The notes: a model not told the origin generated them from the sequence alone. Positions 37,165-47,520 are shown, counted from the stretch's first letter. The stretch: DNA of 60,416 bases from an uncultured Solirubrobacteraceae bacterium (GCA_964518445.1 CAZFGJ010000001.1:1-60416), one strand, 5' to 3'. Translations and numbers: made by a program.

Positions 37165-38270
37165 GAGGCGAGCGTCAGCTCGGCGGTGCGCTTCCAGGTG
37201 AAGGAGGCAGCCCGCAGAAGGCCTGCCGCACGGAGGTGTTCGGCCGCCCCGAGATCACTCAGCAGCCGCTGGACTGCGTCAGCGATGGCCGTCTCACGGG
37301 TCGGGTCGAACAGAAGAGCCGCATCACCGGCGACCTCGGGCAGTGACGAGGCGTTTGAGCAGGCCACCGGAACTCCCCTGGCCATCGCCTCGAGGACGGG
37401 CAGGCCGAACCCCTCGTAGAGCGAGGGGAAGACGAAGACGCGGGCGATCGCCCAGAGACCCTCGAGCTCCTCACCCGAGACCCAGGGCGGAAACCGGACG
37501 TCATCGGCCACGCCGGCGCTCGCGGCGCGCTCGCGCAGCTCGCTCTCGTGCCATGTCGGGTAGCCCGGCAGCACCAGGACGGGCCGGCTCTCCGGGGGGA
37601 TCAGCGCCAGCGCGCCGATCAGGGCCGTCAGGTTCTTGTGCGGGCGCTTGGCCGACAGGGAAAGCAGGACGGGCCGCTCGCCCAAGCCGAAGCGCTCCCG
37701 TGTCTCCTGCTCGGTCATTGCCTCGGCGCGGCGGACCGTGCCGAGGCCGAGCGGGACGACGTCGATCTTCCTCTGGTCGATGCCGAGCATCGAAACGAGG
37801 TCGTCGCGGGTCGAATGCGAGTCGGCGATGACGCGATCGGAGCGCCGGGCGCCCGCGGGGACGAGCAGGCGCATGCCCTTGTCGCGGATGCCCGAGTGCG
37901 CGTCGGGGAAGCGGGCGTAGATCAGGTCGTGGACGGTGACGACACGCCGGAAGGGCCCCCAGACCGGCGCGGTGCTGGCCAGGCTGTGAACCAGGTCGAC
38001 GCCTGCGCGCCGTGCCAGCAGAGGCAGGGCCGTCTGCTCGCCCAGGACCCATTGCACGCGGTTGCGGGCGTTGACCGGCACGGTCACGGCGGGCAGCAGC
38101 TCGCCCCACGGGCCGCCACCGGCCGCAGCGGCCTCACGGTTGATGAAGGCAGTGAAGCGGTAGCCCTCAGGGGCCGATTCGAGCAGCGGCGGAATCAGCT
38201 CGCGGGCAGCGACCTCCATCCCGCCGGTCTCCCCGGGCACCAGGAACACGAGGTTGAGCCCGACGTGCAT
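37137..38270 (-). CDS. GT4 glycosyltransferase (mannosyltransferase-like)
   Basis: TVHDL, PHKNL, YEGFGLPVLEAMA.G.PV, SLPEV. Confidence 0.92.
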   Translation of the reverse strand: MHVGLNLVFLVPGETGGMEVAARELIPPLLESAPEGYRFTAFINREAAAAGGGPWGELLPAVTVPVNARNRVQWVLGEQTALPLLARRAGVDLVHSLASTAPVWGPFRRVVTVHDLIYARFPDAHSGIRDKGMRLLVPAGARRSDRVIADSHSTRDDLVSMLGIDQRKIDVVPLGLGTVRRAEAMTEQETRERFGLGERPVLLSLSAKRPHKNLTALIGALALIPPESRPVLVLPGYPTWHESELRERAASAGVADDVRFPPWVSGEELEGLWAIARVFVFPSLYEGFGLPVLEAMARGVPVACSNASSLPEVAGDAALLFDPTRETAIADAVQRLLSDLGAAEHLRAAGLLRAASFTWKRTAELTLASYERALAAR

Positions 38271-38296
38271 GACCCGCGTGAGGCTAGCCTGCTCGG

Positions 38297-39415
38297 GTGC
38301 CCGGCGACGCTTCCCGCCCTCTGACGATCGGCATCGACGCCCGCGCGGCGGCCGAGGTGCCGGCCGGCCGCGGCCGTGTGGTGCGAGAGCTGCTGCGCTC
38401 CCTGGCGGCGGGACACTCGCCCCACCGCTATGTCCTCTATGCCCGCAGGCCCTGGGATGAGGTGACGCTGGACGAGCGCTTCCGCTGGTCGCTGATCCCG
38501 TCGAAGGACCCCTGGTGGCATGCGCAGGCGGCACACCGGGCGAACGGTGAATGTGACGTCTTCCTCTCGTCGAACTCCTACCTGACGGTCTGGTTCCTGC
38601 GGATCCCGGCCGTGCCGATCGTCTACGACATGGTCACCTTCGAGCCCTCGATGCGCCCCAACCGCCGCTCGACGGTGATCGAGCGGGCAACCCTCGGGCC
38701 GGCTCTGCGGCGGGCCGCGGCAGTTCTTGCCATCTCCGAGGCGACAGCCGACGCCCTCATCGAGCAGTTCCCGCGAGCTCGGGCCAAGACGACCGTCGCC
38801 CCGCTGGGCGTCACCCACACCGAGGCTCCAACCGAGGCGGAGCTCGCAGAGCTCCCCGCCCCCGGATTCGTCCTTGCTGTCGGGACGCTCGAGCCGCGCA
38901 AGAACCTGCCGCGGCTGGTCGAGGCCTACCGGCGTCTGCCAACCGAGCTCCAGGACCGGCATCCGCTGGTCGTCGTCGGGGCGCTGGGCTGGGAGACGGG
39001 CGAGACACTGGCGGCGCTTCGCTCGCTGGGCTCCCGGGCGATCCTGCTGGGTTACGTCTCAGACGAGGCGCTGACAGAGCTCTACAGGCGCTGCTCGGTC
39101 TTCTGTTACCCCTCGCTTGGTGAGGGCTTCGGGCTTCCGGTGCTCGAGGCGATGGCGGCCGGGGCGGCGGTGATCACCTCGAACATCTCCTCACTCCCCG
39201 AGGTCGGGGGCGAGGCCGTCGAGTACATCGAGCCGCGCGACGCCGGCGCCATCGCGGCGTCCCTGGAGAGCCTGCTGCGCTCCCCCGAGCGACGAGCCGA
39301 GCTGGGGCTCCTCGGCCGCGAGCGGGCCGGGCTGTTCACCTGGGAGCGCACCACCGAGCTGACTCTCCAGACACTCGAACGAGCCGCGGCGGGACGAGGG
39401 GGGAACGGTGGCTGA
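38297..39415 (+). CDS. GT4 glycosyltransferase (mannosyltransferase-like)
   Basis: VGTLEPRKNL, EGFGLPVLEAMA.G, SSLPEV. Confidence 0.92.
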   Translation: MPGDASRPLTIGIDARAAAEVPAGRGRVVRELLRSLAAGHSPHRYVLYARRPWDEVTLDERFRWSLIPSKDPWWHAQAAHRANGECDVFLSSNSYLTVWFLRIPAVPIVYDMVTFEPSMRPNRRSTVIERATLGPALRRAAAVLAISEATADALIEQFPRARAKTTVAPLGVTHTEAPTEAELAELPAPGFVLAVGTLEPRKNLPRLVEAYRRLPTELQDRHPLVVVGALGWETGETLAALRSLGSRAILLGYVSDEALTELYRRCSVFCYPSLGEGFGLPVLEAMAAGAAVITSNISSLPEVGGEAVEYIEPRDAGAIAASLESLLRSPERRAELGLLGRERAGLFTWERTTELTLQTLERAAAGRGGNGG

Positions 39416-40391
39416 GGCCGGTGAGAGCCCTCGGGAGACCCTCATCAGCGTCGGGATCCCGACGTTCAACAGAGCGGCCCTGCTCGTCCGTGCGGCCGAG
39501 TCGGTGCTCGCCCAGACCCACACGAACCTCGAGCTGCTGATCTCCGACAACGCCTCGACCGACGAGACCCAGCTGCGCTGCCGGGAACTGTGCGAACGGG
39601 ACCCGCGGGTCCGCTACCTGCGCGCCCCGGCGAACGGCGGCCCCACCGCGAACTTCAACGTCCTCTTCGCGGAGTTGCAGGGCGACTACGCGATGGTCCT
39701 CTCAGACGATGACTGGCTTGACGAGGGCTACCTCGAAGCCTGTCTCTCGGAGCTCGAGAGCCGCCCGGAGCTGGCCCTGGTCTGCGGCCGCGGCCGCTAC
39801 TGGCGCGACGGGCAGGAGGTCCGCCGGGGCGCGGACATCCAGCTCGTGCAGCCTTCGCCGGAGGAGCGCATCACGACATACATCCGCCAGGTGGACGAGA
39901 ACGGGGTGTTCTACGGGCTGATGCGCCGCGAGGTGATGAGACGGGCCACGCCGATGCCGAATGTGATGGGCAACGACTGGCTGGTCTCCGCGGCGGTCGC
40001 GATGCAGGGCGGGATCGCGACGATCGAGGACACAGCGATCAACCGTGAGCTTGGGGGCACCAGCGCTGATTTCCCGCGCCTCGCGCGCACGCTGGGACTG
40101 CCCTCCTGGCAGGCACGCGTCCCGCACCTGGTGATTGCCTGGCAGGTGATCAACGACATCCTCCGGCGAGGGGAGGTCTATCGCGAGCTCCCCATGCCGG
40201 CGCGGGCGCGGCTGGCTCTGCGGGCGGGGTGGGCGGCGATCAGCTGGCGCTCGCTTGCCTGGCATCTGACGATGCCGACGTTCCAGGCGGCCGAACAGCA
40301 CCGTTCGACGCGCTGGATGGGCAGCGTCTACGGACGGGTCACTCGGATGCTCGGCGCGGGCAGAACCGACGAGCCTCCGCGAGGAGGCTAG
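39408..40391 (+). CDS. GT2 glycosyltransferase
   Basis: SVGIPTFNR, ISDNASTD, NFN, SDDD. Confidence 0.9.
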   Translation: MAEAGESPRETLISVGIPTFNRAALLVRAAESVLAQTHTNLELLISDNASTDETQLRCRELCERDPRVRYLRAPANGGPTANFNVLFAELQGDYAMVLSDDDWLDEGYLEACLSELESRPELALVCGRGRYWRDGQEVRRGADIQLVQPSPEERITTYIRQVDENGVFYGLMRREVMRRATPMPNVMGNDWLVSAAVAMQGGIATIEDTAINRELGGTSADFPRLARTLGLPSWQARVPHLVIAWQVINDILRRGEVYRELPMPARARLALRAGWAAISWRSLAWHLTMPTFQAAEQHRSTRWMGSVYGRVTRMLGAGRTDEPPRGG

Positions 40392-41305
40392 GCAGCCCGG
40401 CCCCATGCGTAACGCGACAGGGCCATCCGTTCGCCTGCATCTCCCTCGGCGTAGAGACGAGTCTGGTTGTCGGCGATCATCAGGCCCTCCTGGTCGCCGC
40501 TCCAGAAGGTCCGGCTGGTGGGCCAATCCGCCGGCGCAAACGAGGTGCCCTCGCGCGTAACGACGTTGGCCTCCAGGCCCATCGCCAGCACCTGAGATGT
40601 GAGGCTCCTCCGGCCGCTCTCAAGCCTGTAGGTGTCGGCCTTTCGCCGGGGTGTTGGCGTCCGCAGCCGGCTCAGGACCTCGCCGGTCAGCATGAATCCG
40701 TTGGTCCGTATGTGCCTGGCGGGAAAGGGCAGGAAGCCGTGGTTCTGTTCGAGTAGGAGACGTGCGTGCTTGAACGGGGCTCGTTTGTGCGGCGTGTCTG
40801 GTTCTTCCCCGGCCTGGCGCGCAGCCACGGCGGCGAGTGCTGCGGCCGTCGCCCTCCTGTCGGCGAAGACGTCGGCGTAGGGGCCGCCGAGCCCGAGTGA
40901 AAAGCGCTGATAGGAGCGGAGACTCCCCCACGACGCGGTCGCACCCACGATTCCCGTCCCTGGCTCCGAGAGTGCGGAGTCCAGCTTTGCCAGCCAGTCG
41001 TCGACCAACGGCTCGGCGTACGAGTTGAGGAAGCAGTAGCGGGCCGCCGGGCGGCGGCGGGCACCCTCCAGATAGGCGGCGAGATCGAGGACGGGCTCTT
41101 CCAGTCGCAACTCCTCGTGGTCCACATCGGCGAGGAGTTCCCGGAAGGGAGCGAGCTCGGCCTCGCTCCCGAACCCGTTCAGGAGGACGACCAGATCGTG
41201 CTCACGGCCCAGCCTGCGGTCGCGGTAGGCGCCGAGGAAGTCGGCCAGGACGCCCGGGCCGAGCGGCGCCCAGACGAGGTGCATGAGACAGATCTCCGCG
41301 GGCAC
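40388..41305 (-). CDS. Conserved hypothetical protein (glycan-locus family, copy 1)
   Basis: HLVWAPLG, YCFLNSY, GATASW, HIRTNGF, DNQTR.Y shared with 43657..44610. Confidence 0.78.
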   Translation of the reverse strand: MPAEICLMHLVWAPLGPGVLADFLGAYRDRRLGREHDLVVLLNGFGSEAELAPFRELLADVDHEELRLEEPVLDLAAYLEGARRRPAARYCFLNSYAEPLVDDWLAKLDSALSEPGTGIVGATASWGSLRSYQRFSLGLGGPYADVFADRRATAAALAAVAARQAGEEPDTPHKRAPFKHARLLLEQNHGFLPFPARHIRTNGFMLTGEVLSRLRTPTPRRKADTYRLESGRRSLTSQVLAMGLEANVVTREGTSFAPADWPTSRTFWSGDQEGLMIADNQTRLYAEGDAGERMALSRYAWGRAA

Positions 41306-41307
41306 GG

Positions 41308-42222
41308 CTAGGTCGGACCCTGGGCGCGCCACCACTCGACGGTCGCGGCAATCCCGGCATCCATCGAGATGCCGGGTGTGAAGCCGACCTCGTCTCGCAA
41401 CCTGGAAACGTCAGCCACCAGAGAGGTTGGATCGTCAGGCCGGCCGGGCAACGCACCGCGGTTGAGGAGATCGGCCCGACCTGTCGCGGCGGCGATCCTG
41501 TCGATGACAGCGGCGATCGTGATCGGCTCCCCCGACGCGATGTTGACCGGCCCGACCACCGATGAGCCCGCGAGCGCGGCGAGCGCCCCGCCCACATCGC
41601 CGACATGAAGGAAGTCGCGGATCTGGCTGCCCTCGGTGGTGTCGACCCGCTCCCCGGCCAGCAGTGAACGGGCAACCGAGGACACAAGCCGGCCCGGTGC
41701 CTCCCGGGGACCGTAGAGAAAGAACAGGCGCCCCCATGCGAGCTCCAGCCCCACGTTCCCGGCGTAGGTGGCGCAGACACGGTGCAGCGAGTCCTTGGCG
41801 ACCCCGTACAGGGTCGTCGGTCCAAGCGGCGTGTCGGTCTCATTGAGAGGGCCTTCCGCAGCCGACCAGTCGTACTCGGCGCAGGTTCCCAGCAGCACCG
41901 CCCGCCTGCCGCCGGCGTCCACGAATCGACGCAGGAGGCCAAGGCTGCGCTCGACCCACTCGACGTTCTCCGGCGCCTGCCAGAAGCGGCCGTGCTCGAC
42001 GTACCATGCGAGGTGAACGAGTCGCTCGGGCGACAGGTCCCGGAGCAGCTGATCGACGCCGCCCTGCACGCCCAGATCGCCCTGATGCCATGTCACCCCG
42101 GCCACCTCCGGCGGCGCGGCGGACGTCGAGAGCGCATGGACTTCCTCGCCGCTCTCCACGAGCGCCTGGAGTGTGGGCATCCCCACGAAGCCGGTGCCGC
42201 CGGTGACGAGCACGCGGGCCAT
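41308..42222 (-). CDS. NAD-dependent epimerase/dehydratase (probable NDP-4-keto-sugar reductase)
   Basis: VTGGTGFVG, HLAW, GTCAEY, YGVAK (YxxxK), RDFLHV. Confidence 0.88.
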   Translation of the reverse strand: MARVLVTGGTGFVGMPTLQALVESGEEVHALSTSAAPPEVAGVTWHQGDLGVQGGVDQLLRDLSPERLVHLAWYVEHGRFWQAPENVEWVERSLGLLRRFVDAGGRRAVLLGTCAEYDWSAAEGPLNETDTPLGPTTLYGVAKDSLHRVCATYAGNVGLELAWGRLFFLYGPREAPGRLVSSVARSLLAGERVDTTEGSQIRDFLHVGDVGGALAALAGSSVVGPVNIASGEPITIAAVIDRIAAATGRADLLNRGALPGRPDDPTSLVADVSRLRDEVGFTPGISMDAGIAATVEWWRAQGPT

Positions 42223-42312
42223 CAGCGGGGCCGAGGGTCGTTGGAGAGCTTGCTCGCCATCCTGCGAAGTATCAGCGACCCGACGACAGAAGAGTCGATA
42301 GCGTCACGTCCC

Positions 42313-42978
42313 ATGACCACCGTCAGGTCCAACCTGGAGCCGCTCTGGGCACGCTCGTTCATGGTTTTCAGCCTGCTGACCAGGCGCGGCTCCAAGTTCG
42401 TCAGCAGCTACCTCGATGGCCTCGAGGGTGTTGAGATCGGGGCATCGGCCCACAATCGCTTCTACCTCGACGCGATCAACGTGGACCGCTGGGCCGGTGA
42501 CACCGAGTACAAGCGCGAGGAGCGGCGGATGGCGCTGCGGGCGGCCAAGGTCGATGTCGTGGCGCCGGGCGATGAACTGCCGTTCGAGGACAACAGCCAC
42601 GATTTCGTCTTCTCCTCTCACGTCATCGAGCACTTCCCGGATCCGATCAGGGCCCTCTATGAGTGGGTCCGCGTGGCAAGCCGGTATGTCGTCGTGATCG
42701 CCCCCCACCGCGATCGCACGTTTGATTCGGACCGGCCGCTGAGCACTGTCGAGGAACTGCTCCAGCGCCATCGCGACGGCCTGCGCTCCGACGAGGACCT
42801 GCACTGGAGCGTCTGGAACTGCGAGAGCTTCATCGCGATGTGCGAGCAGGTCGGCCTGCGCGTCGTCGATCACAAGGACCCCGATGACAAGGTCGGCAAC
42901 GGGTTCATCGTGGTTATCGATGCGTCGTCTGCGCCGGAGCCGGTCGCGGGCGCCCCGGAGAGCGAGCCGGGCCGATGA
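42313..42978 (+). CDS. SAM-dependent methyltransferase (tandem copy 1)
   Basis: GVEIGA, LPFEDNSHDFVFSSHVIEHFPDPI. Confidence 0.85.
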   Translation: MTTVRSNLEPLWARSFMVFSLLTRRGSKFVSSYLDGLEGVEIGASAHNRFYLDAINVDRWAGDTEYKREERRMALRAAKVDVVAPGDELPFEDNSHDFVFSSHVIEHFPDPIRALYEWVRVASRYVVVIAPHRDRTFDSDRPLSTVEELLQRHRDGLRSDEDLHWSVWNCESFIAMCEQVGLRVVDHKDPDDKVGNGFIVVIDASSAPEPVAGAPESEPGR

Positions 42979-43640
42979 GCGTCTCCGAGCGGGTCCAGTC
43001 CCTGCGAGTGCAGGCGCACTACCTGACCGGCGTAATCCGCCGGCGGGACTCGAAGTTCGTCACGCGCTACCTGCGAGGGCTGAAAGGCATCGAGATCGGC
43101 GCGTCGGCCCACAACCGCTATTTCCTGGACGCGATCAACGTCGATCGCTTCGGGAGCATGGACACTCCCTACAAGAAGGAAGAGCGCAGGCTCGCTCTGC
43201 ACAAGGCGAAAGTCGATGTCGTCGCCCCGGGCGACGACCTCCCGTTCGAGGATGACTCCTACGACTTCGTCTTCTCGTCGCACGTCGTCGAGCACTTCCC
43301 TGACCCCATCAAGGCTCTCTACGAGTGGATGCGCGTAGCGCGGCGCTACGTCGTGGTCGTCGTTCCGCACCGCGATCGCACGACTGACGCCGACCGGGAG
43401 CTGACCGACGCCGAGGAGCTGATGGCCCGTCACGCCGAGGGCTTCAGCTCCGACGAGGAGACCCCGACTCATTGGAGCGTCTGGAACTGCGAGGGCTTCC
43501 TGGAGCTCTGCGACCGAGCCGGCCTGAAAGTGGTGGACAGCCTCGACCCGGACGACAAGGTGGGCAACGGCTTCGCGGTCGTGATCGACGCCTCGGCCGA
43601 CCCGGAGCCGCGTGCCCCGGGGCCCATCCCGGCTGCCTGA
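42975..43640 (+). CDS. SAM-dependent methyltransferase (tandem copy 2)
   Basis: GIEIGA, LPFEDDSYDFVFSSHVVEHFPDPI; ATGA overlap. Confidence 0.85.
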   Translation: MSVSERVQSLRVQAHYLTGVIRRRDSKFVTRYLRGLKGIEIGASAHNRYFLDAINVDRFGSMDTPYKKEERRLALHKAKVDVVAPGDDLPFEDDSYDFVFSSHVVEHFPDPIKALYEWMRVARRYVVVVVPHRDRTTDADRELTDAEELMARHAEGFSSDEETPTHWSVWNCEGFLELCDRAGLKVVDSLDPDDKVGNGFAVVIDASADPEPRAPGPIPAA

Positions 43641-43656
43641 GGCCCGAGGCCCGGTC

Positions 43657-44610
43657 TCAGGGAATCGCGGGATTGGCCGCGTGCCCCCAGGCGAAGCCTG
43701 AGAGCAGACGCCTGCGATCGTCGTCGGCCTCGGCGTACGTCCGGGTCTGGTTGTCGCGGACCAGCAGGCGCTCCTGATCTCCCTGCCAGAAGGTGCGGCT
43801 CTCGGCCCACCGCTCGCGGTCATAGATCTCACCATCCCGGTCGACGACGACCGTTCGCAGGCCCTGACGCTGCACCTGCCGGGTGATGCTGTTCCTCCCG
43901 TTCTCGACCAGATAAGCGTCGCGCTTCTCTCGAACCTCGCGCACCCTCAGGCCGGCGAGGGTATGGGCCCTGATCGCGAATGCGTTGGTGCGCAGGTGGT
44001 ATGCCGGGAACCGCTCGAAGGGAATCGTCTGCCCTGGCACCTCGGCGAGAGTCGCCAGCCTTGCGCGGGCCGTGGCCAGCGCGGAGCGGGGCGCGGGCGG
44101 CGTCGGCCCTCCGGGCCTGTCGGCCTCCACCGCCATGAACTGCGCGATCGCCTCGGCGGGAGGAGGCAGCACCCCGCGATAGGCACTCGGGAGGCGCAGG
44201 AGGTGAGCCGTCCACGAGCGGGTGCTCGCCCATGACCCCGTCGCACCCGCGAGACCCACCCCGGGCGCGGCGAGAGCCTCGTCCAGCTTGCTCAACCAGC
44301 CCGCCGTGGTCGGCTCGCTGTAGGAGTTCATGAAGCAGTAACGCTCGGCGCCGGCCTGGGCGGTCGCGAGGCGATATGCCGCGACGTCCAGGAGCGGCTC
44401 GGGCAGTCGCAGTTGCTCGTGCTCTATCCCATCGAGAAGAGCCAGCCAGGGCTCCAGGCTCTGCGCGGAGCCGAACCCGTTCAGTAGGACGACCAGCCGA
44501 TGCCGAACACCGGGGTCATGCTGCCGGTATGCGCTGATGAAACGCTCCAGCGCCTGTGGGCCCAGCGGCGCCCAGACGAGGTGCACGAGACAGAGAGGCT
44601 CGGCCGGCAA
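43657..44610 (-). CDS. Conserved hypothetical protein (glycan-locus family, copy 2)
   Basis: HLVWAPLG, YCFMNSY, GATGSW, HLRTNAF, DNQTR.Y. Confidence 0.78.
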   Translation of the reverse strand: MPAEPLCLVHLVWAPLGPQALERFISAYRQHDPGVRHRLVVLLNGFGSAQSLEPWLALLDGIEHEQLRLPEPLLDVAAYRLATAQAGAERYCFMNSYSEPTTAGWLSKLDEALAAPGVGLAGATGSWASTRSWTAHLLRLPSAYRGVLPPPAEAIAQFMAVEADRPGGPTPPAPRSALATARARLATLAEVPGQTIPFERFPAYHLRTNAFAIRAHTLAGLRVREVREKRDAYLVENGRNSITRQVQRQGLRTVVVDRDGEIYDRERWAESRTFWQGDQERLLVRDNQTRTYAEADDDRRRLLSGFAWGHAANPAIP

Positions 44611-44759
44611 CCCGTCAAACCTGCCTCTGTGGGAGCTTCACGGAGCCGAGAATATCCAAGCGGCTTGACCGGCATGGCGAGCGATTGCGCCGCGGCCGCC
44701 GTCCAGCGGCGCCGCACCCGACGTCTATTCTGTCGGCTGACCCGCCCGGGTCCCGCTTC

Positions 44760-45950
44760 ATGAAGACCTCGATCCTCCTCCCCACCCGCAACCGCCTCGA
44801 CTACCTGAAGCTGGCCGTCGAGTCAGTGCTGCGACAGGACGTCGGCGACTGGCAACTGGTGATCTCGGACAACTGCTCGGAGGACGACATCGCGGGCTAC
44901 GTCGCGTCCCTTGCCGATCATCGAATCCTCTACACGCGGACGGAGCAGCTGGTGCCGGTGACGGAGAATTGGAACCGGGCTCTTGCCCACAGCGACGGCG
45001 ACTACATCATCATGCTGGGCGACGACGACGCCCTGCTCGACGGCTACCTGAGGCGCATGGAGGAACTCGTCTCCCGGTTCGACGGGCCCGACGTGATCTA
45101 CACGAAGTCGCTGGTGTTCACCTATCCCTCGGTCGACCCCGCCTACCCTCAGGGTTTCCTGCTCGAGGACCACGGCTGCGCCGAGTTCTTCGCAGGCGCG
45201 ACCGATCCCTTCGTGCTGGATCACGCCGCGGCCCTCGACGTCGTGAAGGGCGCGATGGAGTTTCGGATGCGCTACGACTTCAACGCCCAGTTCGCGCTTT
45301 TCAGCCGGCGTCTGATCGACGCGCTCGGAGCGTTCGGCAGCTTCTACCAGTCGGACTTCCCCGACTACTACTCCATGAACGCCGCGTTCCTCGAGGCCCG
45401 GAAGATCGTCATCGACCCCGCTCCCCGCGTGGTCATCGGCGTGACACCCAAGTCCTACGGCTATTTCCATGTGAACGACAAGGAGACCGAGGGCCGCAGC
45501 TTCCTGGACGGCACGTCCACCCCGCCGCCGCCGAACGCCGGCTCGAATATCAACGTCGGATGGCTGAGCGCCGCGACGGCACTGGAGCAGGGGCCGGGCG
45601 CACGTCATGGGCTGCGTGTCGATCACCGCCGCTATCGGCTGGTCCAGGCCGCATACGTCTACAAGCGGTATCGCATGGGGCAGGGCGACCGGGAGGACGT
45701 TCGCCGTTTCGAACGAGAGTTGCCGAAACTCGAGCGCTGGGGCTACCGGATCGCGGACGAGGCACTGGGCCTCGTGCACCGCATACTCCCCCAGCGCCTG
45801 AAAGCCGCCATCGCGACGCTCGCAGCCCGGCGTGTGGGCCAGCTCCCCGGCATCGACCCCAGGATCGTGGCGGGCCGCTACGGGGACATCCTGGAGGTCT
45901 GCTCGGACCGCTCAGAGCAGGCGGTCGGCTCCTCGTCCGGCGGAGCCTAG
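44760..45950 (+). CDS. GT2 glycosyltransferase
   Basis: LPTRNR, ISDNCSED, ENWN.AL, LGDDD. Confidence 0.88.
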   Translation: MKTSILLPTRNRLDYLKLAVESVLRQDVGDWQLVISDNCSEDDIAGYVASLADHRILYTRTEQLVPVTENWNRALAHSDGDYIIMLGDDDALLDGYLRRMEELVSRFDGPDVIYTKSLVFTYPSVDPAYPQGFLLEDHGCAEFFAGATDPFVLDHAAALDVVKGAMEFRMRYDFNAQFALFSRRLIDALGAFGSFYQSDFPDYYSMNAAFLEARKIVIDPAPRVVIGVTPKSYGYFHVNDKETEGRSFLDGTSTPPPPNAGSNINVGWLSAATALEQGPGARHGLRVDHRRYRLVQAAYVYKRYRMGQGDREDVRRFERELPKLERWGYRIADEALGLVHRILPQRLKAAIATLAARRVGQLPGIDPRIVAGRYGDILEVCSDRSEQAVGSSSGGA

Positions 45951-45961
45951 GAGACCCCAGT

Positions 45962-47458
45962 TCAGCCGGCGGCGGGCCTGCGCCAGGGGAGTTGCTCCAG
46001 CAGCTCCTCGGGCACGACCCGCAGGCCGAGCACGGCCCCGATGTAGATCGCCGCGGCAACGGCGACGCTCGCCAGGACCGGAAGGTCGAGCAGCGTCGAG
46101 GCGACCGCGAGCGCGGCAGCCAGCGCGATGCCCGGGACCACTCGAAGAGGTGGCTTCAGCGAGCGGTCGGCTCGTGCGAGCGCGATGCCGCTCAGGATCG
46201 CGAGTCCCGCCTCGTCGGCGGCCGTTGCGATCGCGGCGCCGCTGGCACCGTCGAGCGAGACCAGCAGGGCCACGAGCGCCCCTCCGCCGATCAGCGCGAT
46301 CAGGCTGATGATCAGGATCTCCCGGTAGCGGTGCAGGCTGAGCAGCCCGTTGGCCCAGACGGCCCCCACGAAGCTCGCACCCAGTCCGACGGCCTGGATC
46401 GCCAGGAGTGTGGCGGCGGGAGCAAATTTCGGGCCACCGACAACTTCGATGGCGAGGGGGGCGCCGATCGCCAGACACAGGGCGACCAGCACGCCGACCA
46501 GCAGGCTGACCTCGAATACGCGACCCAGCGCGTAGGCCAGGCGGGCTCGGTCATCCCGCGCCGCACGGGAGAAGATCGGAAAGGCCGCCCCGATCGCCAG
46601 GCCGGGCATCACGAGCAGGACCTGAATCACCCTGACCGAGACGCTGAAGTAACCGAGGGTCTCTTCGGAGGAGAGAAGCGAGACGAGCACCACGGCCAGG
46701 TAGAAGTAGACGGTGGCGGCCGCCACCGCGACGCTGTAGGGGAGGACGTCGCGAACAAGCTCCCACCACTCCCGGGCGTGAAAGGCGGGCAGCAGGGGCG
46801 CCCTGCCATGAAGGACCCACACGTTCAGCGCCAAGACCACAGCTCCCACGGGAATCGTCACCGCGAGGAAGGGCAGAAGGTGCGCCCCGGCGAGAATCAG
46901 AGCGATGATCAACATCGCGCTGAGGGCCGCCCTCATGAACTCGAACACGGCAACCCAACCGAGCCGCAGCTCGCTGATCAACGCGATGACCAGGGTCGAC
47001 TGAACGCTCTGCAGGACCAGTCCGATGCCGGCCAGCGCGACCCCCCAGGTGGTGACCGAGCCATATCCGGCGATCAACGCGAAGACAGTTATCGCGATCA
47101 CTCCGACCGCGGTGAGCGCGAGGCGGAATCCCAGCAGGTTCCGAGCAAGTGACACGCGCGCTTCCCCGGTGCGCACGGAGAACTCCCGCACGCCGATCGT
47201 CGTCAGCCCGAGATCGGATATGCCGGCGACGATCGCCACCAGGTAGATCGCGAGGGAGTAGCGCCCCGTTTCGACGACGCCGAGATGGCGGAACAGCAGG
47301 GCCGCCGAGCCCACCCCCAGGATGGTGCCGGCGACGTAGGCGACCATCCGCAGTACGCCGCCGCGGATCGCGGCGGTGCCCGCGGCGGGGGAGTCCAGCA
47401 GGTCGGCCTCCGGCTGCGGGCCGCCGGCTTCGGCCGGGGTCGTCGGCGCCGAGGACAT
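45962..47458 (-). CDS. wzx: Wzx-type oligosaccharide flippase
   Basis: About 12-14 TM helices; LG...G.Y, DLGL...GVRE, GYFS...R, FP.FSR; TAGGAT 7 nt before ATG 47458. Confidence 0.85.
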   Translation of the reverse strand: MSSAPTTPAEAGGPQPEADLLDSPAAGTAAIRGGVLRMVAYVAGTILGVGSAALLFRHLGVVETGRYSLAIYLVAIVAGISDLGLTTIGVREFSVRTGEARVSLARNLLGFRLALTAVGVIAITVFALIAGYGSVTTWGVALAGIGLVLQSVQSTLVIALISELRLGWVAVFEFMRAALSAMLIIALILAGAHLLPFLAVTIPVGAVVLALNVWVLHGRAPLLPAFHAREWWELVRDVLPYSVAVAAATVYFYLAVVLVSLLSSEETLGYFSVSVRVIQVLLVMPGLAIGAAFPIFSRAARDDRARLAYALGRVFEVSLLVGVLVALCLAIGAPLAIEVVGGPKFAPAATLLAIQAVGLGASFVGAVWANGLLSLHRYREILIISLIALIGGGALVALLVSLDGASGAAIATAADEAGLAILSGIALARADRSLKPPLRVVPGIALAAALAVASTLLDLPVLASVAVAAAIYIGAVLGLRVVPEELLEQLPWRRPAAG

Positions 47459-47520
47459 CGACGTCATCCTAGGGCGCGGGAAAGCGGCTCAACGTCGGCT
47501 GCGGCGGGCGAGCCACCGTC

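Noticed and set aside
44969-47152. 727-aa plus-strand ORF and similar long alternative-frame ORFs (e.g. 58552..60138, 29863..31290)
   Set aside because: Off-frame or antisense shadows of well-supported genes, typical of high-GC DNA
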